Assembly (NCBI GenBank): GCA_963755125.1
Contig: CAVWIP010000017.1
Span: 32,001-96,000, forward strand
Direction: 5' to 3'
DNA from: an uncultured delta proteobacterium
GTDB lineage: Bacteria; Myxococcota_A; Polyangia; Fen-1088
Length of the DNA stretch: 64,000 bases
The notes below the pieces were generated by a model. That model was not told the DNA's origin. It saw nothing but the letters and a program-made list of their open reading frames with translations, and ran no database searches. Each line of letters starts with the position of its first letter. The first letter of the stretch is position 1. The translations under genes and the position numbers were made by a program. This document shows, in pieces, positions 48,010 to 59,740 of this stretch.

Positions 48010-51000
48010 ATGACAAGAGAACGTATTGTGCGCCCGGTTTCCAATGGTCCCGCAGGTCCGTGTGCAGGCTTCGTTTTCACCGCAATTTGGGTGCTCGCGG
48101 GAATTGGCTGCAGCAGCGCATCGATTAGCAGCACAGGCGGCACCGGAGGTGCAGTGGGAGGCACCGGCGCCAACGGCGGCACCGGAACGAACCGAGCCGG
48201 TGGAGCGGGCATCAATCTGTCCTCGGCCGCTGCGACCGGCGGCACCGGTGGTTCGAGCAAGGTCTGCAACGCTTCAAACACCTCCGGCTGCAAAGCCCAG
48301 AATCCCCCGGCGTGCGGCGACGGGATCAACCAGCCACCCGAGCAATGCGACGACGGGAACATGCTGCCCGGCGATGGTTGCAATGGTGTCTGCCAGGTCG
48401 AGCCCAACTGGACATGTCCCCCGGCGGGGGCTTGCACGCGAAAGGTCGTCTGCGGCGACGGCGTCATCGGCCCGGGCGAGGTTTGCGACGACGGCAACAC
48501 CCTTGATGGCGACGGCTGCAATTCCACCTGCACGGTTCAGGATCCCGCCTACACCTGCATCGCCGGACAGCTCTGCACTCGCACTTCCCAGTGTGGCAAC
48601 AAGCGCATCGAACCGGGCGAGAACTGCGACGACGGCAACACGGTGAGCGGCGATGGCTGCAGCAGCAGCTGTCAACTCGAAGCTGGTTGGGTCTGCCCGA
48701 CGCCCGGTGCTGCCTGCAAGCCGGCCCCGCGGTGCGGTGACGGCATCGTCCAGCCCTCGCTGGGCGAGGTTTGCGACGACGGCAACACCAAGGATGGCGA
48801 CGGCTGCTCGGCCGACTGCAAAACCAAGGGTGTGGGCTGCGTTTGCACCCCGGGCCAGTTGTGCGTCTGTCCGGTCGTCAAGTGCGGGGACGGCGTGATC
48901 GAGGGTAGCGAGAAGTGCGACGACGGCAACACCAATAGCGGTGATGGCTGCTCGTCGACGTGCACCATCGAGACCGGATATGCCTGTCCCTTTGTCAACG
49001 CCCCCTGCGTGCCAGATTGTGGCGACGGCATCGTGCTGGCGCCCATGGAACAATGCGATCCCGGCGTCCAGGCGCCAAACATGGCGCAGGCCTGCTCTTC
49101 CACCTGCAAGTGGAATCCCGGCTGGGCCTGCAGCGGTACCCCGCTGAGCTGCCACCAGACGGTGTGCGGCGACGGCAAGGTCGAGGGCACCGAGGCCTGC
49201 GATGACGGCAACACCCTGCCCAACGACGGTTGCTCGCCCACCTGCCACTTTGAGCCGACCTGCAGTGTGAGCACGGGCACCTGCACCTCGAAGTGTGGGG
49301 ATGGGTTGGTCGTCGGCGAGGCGTGCGACGATGGAAACACCACCAACGGGGACGGCTGCTCGTCGACTTGCACGGTGGAGCCCGGCTACCAGTGCAGTCA
49401 GCCCGATTCCAACGCTCCCACCATGACCGTGCCGGTCACCTACCGCGACTTCCTGGTCGGCGGCGATTTCCACGCGGCCGACGTCTCGGGTAGCAACCCG
49501 GCCACGACCGGCCTGGTCCAGGGCACGCTCGACAGCGACGGCAATCCGGTCCTCGCCGGTGTGGGCGGCACCGGCGCGACTAGCGGGTGGATCACGAGTG
49601 CGGCCAGCTTCCACAATTGGTACCGGGACACGCCGGGAACCAACACCACCTACGTATCGACCATTCTTCTGCACAACAATGGCAACGGCGCCTTCGTGAA
49701 CTGGTGGAAGGACAACCAAGAGTGGACGTCGTATTCCAACGTTCGCTGGTGTTCGGACGGAACCTGCACGAACTGCAACCCTCCGCCGTACGTGAACGAC
49801 GGCACAATGCAGTGTTTTGCCGTGTGCGCGCCCTGGGGCACCGGCAACACGAATTCCTGCGTGGCCAGCGTGGCACTGGTCCCTGGAAACCCGCTGTTTT
49901 TCCCCCTCGACAACATACCGGGCATGATCACGCCGACCTCTGCCTATGCGACCGCCGAAACCCCGCCTCTATACAGCGGCGGCTGGGATGCCGAGCCAGG
50001 GACGCCCCAGCCTGTGCACAACTTCAGCTTTACCAGCGAGGTCCGCTACTGGTTCAGCTATTCGACGAGCAAACAATATACACTTGATTTCACGGGTGAC
50101 GATGATGTCTGGGTCTTCATCAATCGCAAGCTGGCGGTGGACCTGGGGGGTATTCATACCCCGGTCGAGGGCACCATCGTGCTCAACGCGACTGGTGGCG
50201 GGGATGTCACCGTGACCCCGACCGAGGGAGCCACCTGTACCACGCAGGGCGTGGTTTCGACCTGCACGTCCAGCAAGAGCAGCGTCGATCTGGGCATGAC
50301 GAACAACGGCGTTTACGAGATCGCCGTGTTCCAAGCGGAACGATGTTGGTACGGCTCGACGTACAAACTTACCCTGAGCGGCTTCAACGAGTTGCCGAGT
50401 GTGTGTGGGCCCATCTGCGGCGACGGTGTCGTGGAGCCCGGCGAACAATGCGACAATGGAACCGCGAACAATCTGGGCGGCTACAATCAGTGTGGCCCGA
50501 ATTGCCTGCTCGGGCCTTATTGCGGCGACGGCGTCGTCAACGGACCCGAGCAGTGCGACAACGGCACCAACGACGACGACTACGGGGCCACTTCCGGCTG
50601 CGCGCCTGGTTGCAAGCTGCCGGCTCGCTGTGGTGACGGCATAGTGCAGGCTGATTTTGGCGAACAATGCGACAACGGTTCCGCCAACCTGACCACCACC
50701 GACCCCGAAGTTGGCTATGGGGGCTGCCTGGCAAACTGCCAGCGCGGCGACTACTGTGGCGACGGTATCAAGAATGGCACCGAGCAATGCGACGACGGTG
50801 TCAATGATGGCACCTACGGCACTTGCAATCCCGACTGCACGCTCGCTCCGAGGTGTGGCGATGGGGTGGTTCAGGCGGACTACGGGGAGCAGTGCGAACC
50901 TACCATGACGAATGACCCCAATTGCACAAGCGCTTGCCGGCTACCGGGCGGGTGCGGCGACGGCATTGTCGAGCCGCCCGAACAATGCGACGACGGGGCG

Positions 51001-51273
51001 CTATTCAATACGGGCGCCTATGGTGGCTGCGCCCCGAGTTGCATCTACGCCCCCCACTGCGGGGATGGGATTGTGAACGGACCCGAGCAATGCGACGAAG
51101 GGACGCTCCTCAACACTGGCTCGTACGGCGGCTGCACCGCGCAATGCAAGCTGGGTCCCTACTGCGGCGACGGCATCATCAACGGTCCCGAGGAATGCGA
51201 CGACGGCGCCCAGAACGGCCTGGACAATTACTGCACGGCCTCGTGCAAGAACGTCGTCTACCTTCCCTCCTGA
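48010..51273 (+). CDS. DUF4215 (Myxococcus Cys-rich repeat) / fibro-slime PA14 lipoprotein
   Basis: Many CGDG...E.CDDGN...GDGC repeats; FTGDDDVWVFIN..LAVDLGGIH. Confidence 0.92.
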   Translation: MTRERIVRPVSNGPAGPCAGFVFTAIWVLAGIGCSSASISSTGGTGGAVGGTGANGGTGTNRAGGAGINLSSAAATGGTGGSSKVCNASNTSGCKAQNPPACGDGINQPPEQCDDGNMLPGDGCNGVCQVEPNWTCPPAGACTRKVVCGDGVIGPGEVCDDGNTLDGDGCNSTCTVQDPAYTCIAGQLCTRTSQCGNKRIEPGENCDDGNTVSGDGCSSSCQLEAGWVCPTPGAACKPAPRCGDGIVQPSLGEVCDDGNTKDGDGCSADCKTKGVGCVCTPGQLCVCPVVKCGDGVIEGSEKCDDGNTNSGDGCSSTCTIETGYACPFVNAPCVPDCGDGIVLAPMEQCDPGVQAPNMAQACSSTCKWNPGWACSGTPLSCHQTVCGDGKVEGTEACDDGNTLPNDGCSPTCHFEPTCSVSTGTCTSKCGDGLVVGEACDDGNTTNGDGCSSTCTVEPGYQCSQPDSNAPTMTVPVTYRDFLVGGDFHAADVSGSNPATTGLVQGTLDSDGNPVLAGVGGTGATSGWITSAASFHNWYRDTPGTNTTYVSTILLHNNGNGAFVNWWKDNQEWTSYSNVRWCSDGTCTNCNPPPYVNDGTMQCFAVCAPWGTGNTNSCVASVALVPGNPLFFPLDNIPGMITPTSAYATAETPPLYSGGWDAEPGTPQPVHNFSFTSEVRYWFSYSTSKQYTLDFTGDDDVWVFINRKLAVDLGGIHTPVEGTIVLNATGGGDVTVTPTEGATCTTQGVVSTCTSSKSSVDLGMTNNGVYEIAVFQAERCWYGSTYKLTLSGFNELPSVCGPICGDGVVEPGEQCDNGTANNLGGYNQCGPNCLLGPYCGDGVVNGPEQCDNGTNDDDYGATSGCAPGCKLPARCGDGIVQADFGEQCDNGSANLTTTDPEVGYGGCLANCQRGDYCGDGIKNGTEQCDDGVNDGTYGTCNPDCTLAPRCGDGVVQADYGEQCEPTMTNDPNCTSACRLPGGCGDGIVEPPEQCDDGALFNTGAYGGCAPSCIYAPHCGDGIVNGPEQCDEGTLLNTGSYGGCTAQCKLGPYCGDGIINGPEECDDGAQNGLDNYCTASCKNVVYLPS

Positions 51274-51312
51274 TTGGGGGTGCAGCGCGCTGGTGGAGAC
51301 ACCGCATGGCTG

Positions 51313-51978
51313 CTACCCATCCGTCTTCAGGTCTTCCGCGATCGTCGCGAACTGTTCCAGGGCGGCTTCGAGGTCGGCGGTGATGTCGGCGGCGATGACC
51401 TCCGGCGCGGGGAGGTTGGCGGATTCCTCCAGGGCCTCGTCCTTCAGCCAAAAGATGTCGAGGTTGAGCTTGTCGCGTTTCGTCAGCTCCTCCTAGGTGA
51501 AGGACTTGAAACGCTCGGTCTCCCGGCGGTCGCTGCGGTTCTTGCGGTTGAAGCAGGCGACGAAGTCGTCCAGATCGCCGCGTTTGAGGGTATTTTCCTT
51601 CAGCGTGAAGTGCAGGTTGGTGCGCAGATCGTAGATCCACAGCTTCTGCGTCCAGGGCTTTTCCTTGGTTCCGCAAACGCCGTAGAAGAGCCGCATATTC
51701 TCGATGTTCTGGACGGAAAAGCCGCGCCCAAGACGTGCGGTGAGGTCGGAGGCCAGCCGCTTCAAGAGCTGCTCGCCGTAGACGGCCCGTTTTGCGCCAC
51801 CTTGCTCGAATTCGACGATGCGCCGGCCAACCTCCCAGTATGTCGCCGTCATGAATGCATTGACGGCGCGAGCGCTGGCGCGGCGAGCGGATTCCAGCAG
51901 CTCGCTGACACCGCCGAGCAAGTCCGAATAGGTACGCGTTGCCACGATGTCCTTCGGGCATGAAGCGCTTGCCGACAT
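51313..51978 (-). pseudogene. Deletion relic: YhcG/DUF1016 N-terminus fused in frame to the HsdM C-terminus
   Basis: YWEVGRRIVEFEQGG...YG...GRGFS joined near 51665 to EKPWTQKLWIYDLRTN...; premature TAG at 51493-51495 where the other copy has TAC. Confidence 0.88.
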
Positions 51979-52200
51979 GTTAACCCATCGCTACAAATCC
52001 ATGCTGGCTTTCGCCGGAATGCGCGGGGCACGCACGTACGCCCCGCGCCGCCACCAATAACCTTAGTAGGCGGGACAGGGATTGTCTTCCACCGAACCGT
52101 ACGGGCCTTCCGGGTGTTCATCGAAAGGTCGATCTCGATCTCGGCAAGATCGGCGGCGTCGCCCGCCGTGACCTCAATTGGCCTTGGGGCGGTTGCGCCG

Positions 52201-53181
52201 CTAGTACTCGGCGAGTGCGCCGAGGTGGAGGCCCGGATCCGGACGCCGGGCTGGGCTCTTGCGAGCCGAAACGCCCGCAGGTCGAGGTGTCCCGGCCGTC
52301 GCTCTGCCTCGCAGCAGCTCGATGTGCCGTCGCGGAGGTTCGCCAAAGAGCCGCCGGTACTCGCGGCTGAACTGGGACGGGCTCTCGTAACCGACCCGGA
52401 AGCTGGCCTCGGCCGCGTCCAGCGCTTCGGCCAGCATCAGGCGACGCGCTTCATGCAAACGAAGGTGCTTCTGGTACTGAAGCGGGCTCAACGCCGTAAA
52501 TGCTTTGAACTGATGATGAAGAGCCGAGACGCTCATGCCCGCTTGCTTGGCCAGGGCCTCCACCCGCAACGGCTCGGTGTAGTGGCCCTTGAGCCAGCTC
52601 AACGCACGCGTGAGCCGGTGCGCCTGTCCTGCTCGGGCGATAACTTGCCTCAGCCGCTGCCCAGCCGGGCCGATCACCAGGCGATAGGTGATCTCCCGGC
52701 GCAAAAGTGGCGAGAGAACCACGGCATCCTGCGGGCTATCGAGGATGTCGACGAGGCGGCACACCGATTGGATGAGTGCTGTGTCCAGCTTGCCCACGGC
52801 GAGGGCGCGAGCCGTTGCCACTGGCTGCCGGGCCGTATTCATCTGGGCCACGACTTCGCTCACGTCGCCGAGGTCCAGCAACAGCTTCAGTCCCAGATAG
52901 GGCATCCGGGCAGTGGCTCCCACGATCTGGGCCATGGCCGGCACGTCCGCAGCGATGAGCAAGTACTTCGTGGCGTCGTAGCGAAATTCGCGACCGGCGA
53001 GTGTTACCCGCTTCGAGCCCTGCGCGATCACGCAGAGTGCAGGCTCATACAGGATGGCGGCTGGCGCCGGATCGGCGGAGCGCCGATACAGCGTGAGCCC
53101 GTCGACTGCCGTTGGATAATTGCCGTCGACGCCACCGGTCTGGCGCTCGATCAGCTGCGCAAGATTGAGGGACGCTTCCAT
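52201..53181 (-). CDS. AraC-family transcriptional regulator (AraC_N + HTH)
   Basis: LYEPALCVIAQGSK; SPLQYQKHLRLHEARRLM...VGYESPSQFSREY. Confidence 0.95.
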   Translation of the reverse strand: MEASLNLAQLIERQTGGVDGNYPTAVDGLTLYRRSADPAPAAILYEPALCVIAQGSKRVTLAGREFRYDATKYLLIAADVPAMAQIVGATARMPYLGLKLLLDLGDVSEVVAQMNTARQPVATARALAVGKLDTALIQSVCRLVDILDSPQDAVVLSPLLRREITYRLVIGPAGQRLRQVIARAGQAHRLTRALSWLKGHYTEPLRVEALAKQAGMSVSALHHQFKAFTALSPLQYQKHLRLHEARRLMLAEALDAAEASFRVGYESPSQFSREYRRLFGEPPRRHIELLRGRATAGTPRPAGVSARKSPARRPDPGLHLGALAEY

Positions 53182-53289
53182 GGCTTGTGCACCTAGCTTG
53201 CAGGATTAGGCAAGAAGTGTCGAGGACCGTGTGATGTCAGGCGTTGGCACGTGCGCTAGCTTGGCAACATCGAAATCAGGAGGAAGCGG

Positions 53290-55178
<1,889 letters not shown>

Positions 55179-55182
<4 letters not shown>

Positions 55183-55766
55183 CGAACGTTCTCATCCTGG
55201 GCGCCAACGGCCAGCTCGCCCGCAATACCACGCCCGTCTTTCTTCGCGACACCGACGCCCGCCTGACCTTGTATTTGCGGCTGTCGAACAGGCTCCAGAA
55301 TCCGAATCCCAAGCGAGTGACCATCGTCGAAGGCGACGTGCTCGACCGCGAGGCTCTCGAAGCCGCGATGCGCGGACAGCACGTCGTCTACGCGAATTTG
55401 GTCGGAGACATGAAACGCCAGGCCGAGCACATCGTCGCCGCCATGTACGCGACCGGCGTGAGGCGCCTCATTTTCATCAGCTCGATGGGGATCTACGGCG
55501 AAGTGCCGGGAGAGAAGTATCGCAGCGTTCTTGATCCCTATCGGGACTCGGCTGCCATCATCGAGGCATCCGACCTCAACTACACGATTCTCCGGCCCGG
55601 CTGGTTCACCCACGACGACGAGGTCTCGTACCAGATCACGCAGAAAGGGCAGCCGTTCGAGGGACACGACATCTCCCTGAACAGCCTGTCCGACCTGATT
55701 GTGAAGTTGGCGATTACTCCCGGCATGGAAAGCCGTCGCAGTCTTGGGGTGAGCCGAACCAAGTAG
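55179..55766 (+). CDS. NAD(P)H-binding oxidoreductase (atypical SDR)
   Basis: VLILGANGQLA; YTILRPGWF. Confidence 0.9.
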
Positions 55767-56093
55767 CGACAAGACCTCCCTACCACCAAGGGTGCTAGGA
55801 ATGCCTTTGATTTCCGATAGTTAAGTGTAGGCGGGACACCTACCGAATTAGGCGAAAAACCCTATAAACTCAGGACGTTTGCTAAAACATGGGCAGAAAG
55901 TTGCCCCCAGAGTTACCCCCAGAAACATGCCGTGCCAAGGGTTCAATCCCGGTGCAGACCTGGCCGACCCGGCGTCGATATTCATTCGCGCTGATAGACT
56001 CTTCGGCCACGGAAAGGCTACCAACCGAGAACTCCGAGCGCAACCCCGGTTCAGACGAGCCACCTGCACCAGGCCCCCACTAGGTCGGCAGCA

Positions 56094-58156
56094 TTAACCT
56101 CGCTTCAGTCCCTCCTCCAAGGCACTGTTGAGCACCCGCCAGCTCTCCGTCTTGTCGGCGCACACCCGTCTCATTAGACGCATCTTGAGTTCAAGGAGAG
56201 AAATCCTAAACACAAACGTTGAATGCAGTTTGCGCAGCACTTCCTTGCCGCTTGCATCCTTGTACCACCTATCGTCCCAAGTCTCCCTCCTCCGCTTCAT
56301 CTCTCGCTCGACCGCTTCGAGGAAATTGCCCGTCCATTCACCTTCTACAAGGTCCTTCATGCTGTTGCGAGAACACTCGATGCTATCCCAGAAGAGATGT
56401 GCCACGCCATTCCCATCCAGGCCAGCTGCGATCTCTTCCTTCCTGATTCCAGGGGATGTCGGGCGCAAGCGGCTGAACTGTTCAAAATACAACGAACGCC
56501 TGACCTCGCTCTCAGCATATTGCTTCAGAACGCGCGTCAACTCCCCCAGTGATGGCACCGTCTGTGGGTCCTTGAGGGACTCCTTCATCACGTCGTAGAC
56601 AATATTGGGTTCGAGCAAGAAGTTCTCGATGCAGTAGCGCTCCCACTGCTTGACCCGCACTTTGTTGCTGCTCTTCGCACTCGACAGCTTGCGATCACGG
56701 TCGAAGAAGAAGAAATGGTACGAATCGAGCTTTCCAGCTTCTTCGCTCCTCTGAAGACTCTCGATCTCCTTTTCGACCTCACCCCGACCTCCAAGCGATT
56801 TTAGGCGATAGCCGGATAAGGAGTCGCCCATGGCGGTCTCCAAAAGGTCGATATCGTCGCCACCTTCGAGAAAGATAGTTCCCTTGGTGGAGAACAAGAC
56901 GTCACTCGGTTCGGCTCCCAATCGCTCCAACGCCTCAAATACCTCAGCCTTGTGCGACTTAAGGATTTGGGTGATATCAGTGCCCGAGCGCAAGTGGTGC
57001 AGAGCACAGTCCTCTCGATCAAACGCAGCCCCCAGAATCTCAGGCGAATGGGTGCAGATGAAGGCCTGTTTTCGCTGTGGCACAAGGATCTCGTCCAATA
57101 AGAAAGGCAGAATCTTCTTGCACACCGCAGGGTTCAGGTGCAATTCCGGTTCGTCTATCAGAATGATGCCGCCATCGGCCGTATTGCGCTTCATCAGAAA
57201 GAACGTCAGGATCAGACCCTTCTCGCCGCTGCTCATGTTGTCAATGTCATAGACGGCCCCCGACGTCGTCTCCTTGATTCGTACTGAAAGATTGCCACTG
57301 GGTCCGATAAGCGGACCCTCAAGCTGCTTCCCCGGCAGGAGGTTGTTGAACACAAGTTCAAAGTCCCTCTTGAGCTGTTCCTGTTCGCGTATGCTGCTGA
57401 CATATTGATTCACGATGTATTGTTTTAGCCGGGTGTATTTGGTTGCTGGTTGTGCTAGGTGGGTCTGCAACTGAGCCGCCGCATCTGCACCGCCAATCTG
57501 AATATTCACCTCACCCTGTGGCATGGCGCGATCGGCGGGAAAGTAGTTGAAGATGCTGGATTGGGGCAAATATTGCAGGTCGAGAAAGGCGACAATCTCC
57601 TGATCAAGGGGACGGGTTCCACGAATGCCGTTAGGGCCGTTCATGATCTCCAGCGTAGGCTGAATTGCCCTTACGGCCTTGACTTGAGCGAATTCCTCGG
57701 TGACCCGACCTTTGATCTGGGTCAGTGTCTGGAGGCCTTGTGGTGTGGAAAGGTATTGGATTAGCGCGAGATCTTCCTGACCGGGAAGCACTGCGAGATG
57801 GCCGCGGAGTCGTCTCGCCGCAAGCTGATCGATGTTCTTTTCAATTAGCGATAGCTCTTCGTCATCGAGCTGAATCTTAACGCGATTCGCAAGGGTAGTC
57901 GTCCGTCCTTTAGAATGGCCGGTAGGTTCAAGAACTGTGGGAGGTGTGGTGATTGGGCACCAAGGGACTGAAGAACCGCAGCAGATTCGTTGGCTGCGGT
58001 GGGCATGAGTAATGCCTTGGCTAACCGGATTGCCTCAAGGATTGTAGTCTTCCCTGTGGCGTTGGGACCGACTATGACATTGGCCGCGCTCGTAGTTTGA
58101 AGAAACACATCCGCTAGGCCGCGAAAGTTCTCAATGTGAATGGTCTCGACTCTCAT
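56094..58156 (-). pseudogene. ABC-type ATPase (AAA_15/AAA_21-like) fused to a TOPRIM/DUF4435-like domain; PARIS (AriAB)-like or OLD-like; one frameshift near 57870
   Basis: IENFRGL...GPNATGKTT; MSSGEK; LIDEPELHLNP; CTHSP; IFLEGGDD...FFDRD...WERYCIENFLL. Adding one base near 57870 joins the two ORFs (…LRF-xLDDEELSLIEKN…). Confidence 0.7.
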
Positions 58157-58253
58157 AGTAGACCCCTGGGTCCGATTGAAAGTTCGTTGGCATCACAGAG
58201 GCGATCCGGCTGCGCCAACGGCGGGTGCATTATAGTTGGAAAGCCATGCCCTT

Positions 58254-59737
58254 TCAATTGCGCCCTCGCTCGATGTTGGTCTTCAGATCCTCCGCGATCG
58301 TCGCGAATTGTTCCAGGGCGGCTTCGAGGTCGGCGGTGATGTCGGCGGCGATGACCTCGGGTGCGGGGAGGTTGGCGGATTCCTCCAGGGCTTCGTCCTT
58401 CAGCCAGAAGATGTCGAGGTTGAGCTTGTCGCGTTTTGTCAGCTCCTCGTAGGTGAAGGACTTGAAACGCTCGGTTTCCCGGCGGTCGCTGCGGTTCTTG
58501 CGGTTGAAGCAGACGACGAAGTCGTCCAGGTCGCTGCGCTTGAGGGTGTCTTCCTTGAGGGTGAAGTGCAGGTTGGTGCGCAGGTCGTAGATCCACAGCT
58601 TCTGCGTCCATGGCTTTTCCTGCGCGGGCTTGCGGTCGAAGAACAGGACGTTTGCCTTGACCCCTTGCGCGTAGAAGATGCCGGTCGGCAGGCGCAGCAG
58701 GGTGTGAACGTCGGCCTGCTTGAGCAGTTCGCGGCGGATGGTTTCGCCGACGCCGCCCTCGAAGAGCACGTTGTCGGGCAACACCACCGCCGCGCGGCCG
58801 TGCTGCTTGAGAATGGTGAAGATGTGCTGGAGGAAGTTGAGCTGCTTGTTGCTGGTGCTGGCCCAGAAATCGTCGCGGTTGATGACTAGCGATTCCTTGG
58901 ACGTGTCGCCCGCCTCGTTGACGATGGTGACGCTGCTCTTCTTGCCGAACGGCGGATTGGCCAGGACGATCTCGTACTCGCCGTGCTTGCCGGCCAGCGC
59001 GTCCTTGGTCACCACTGGCAAATCGTCCTCTGACTCCCCGCCGATTCCGTGAAGCAGCAGGTTCATCGCGCACAGCCGGGTGACGCTGTCCACCAGCTCG
59101 ATGCCGAAGAAGGTGCCGCCCTTGAGCTTCTTCTTTTGCGCCCGGTCAAGGGCGTGGTGCTTGGCCAGGTAGTCGTGCGCCGCGAGCAAGAAGCCGCCCG
59201 TGCCGCACGCCGGATCGCAGATGGCTTGCCCGGGTTGCGGGGCGATCACGTCCACCATCGCGGCGATCAGCGGTCGCGGCGTGAAGTATTGGCCCGCTCC
59301 CCCTTCACATCCTCGGCGTTCTTTTGCAGCAAGCCCTCGTAGGCGTCGCCCTTCACGTCGGCAGACAGGCTGGACCACTGCTCCTTGTCGATGAGGTCCA
59401 CGATCAACCGACGCAGCTTGGCCGGATCTTGGATTTTGTTCTGCGCCTTGCGGAAGATCACCCCGAGCAAGCCCGACCGCTTGCCAAGCTCTTCGAGGGT
59501 CTTGCGGTAGTGGGCTTCGAGGTCGTCACCGTCAAGCTTCAATAGCGCGTCCCAGCCGAATGCCCTGGGGACAGCCGATGGTTTGTTGAACGGCGGCTTC
59601 GCCTGCTCGTCGGCCATCTTCAAGAAGAGGAGGAACGTCAACTGCTCGACGTAGTCGCCATAGGACAGACCGTCGTCGCGGAGGATGTTGCAGTAGTTCC
59701 AGAGCTTCTGGACAAGCTGTGTTGGGTTGTTCGACAT
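58254..59737 (-). pseudogene. hsdM: Type I R-M methyltransferase HsdM with a single frameshift in a G run
   Basis: LWNYCNILRDDG, GQYFTPR, DPACGTGGFL, NPPFG. C5 at 59299-59303 (+ strand) would need C6 to read KGGAGQYFTPR. Confidence 0.9.
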
Positions 59738-59740
59738 AGA

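Noticed and set aside
58185..58230. Hairpin CGTTGGCA...CGCCAACG as attC or terminator
   Set aside because: The stem is short and imperfect, with no U-tract and no attC box geometry.
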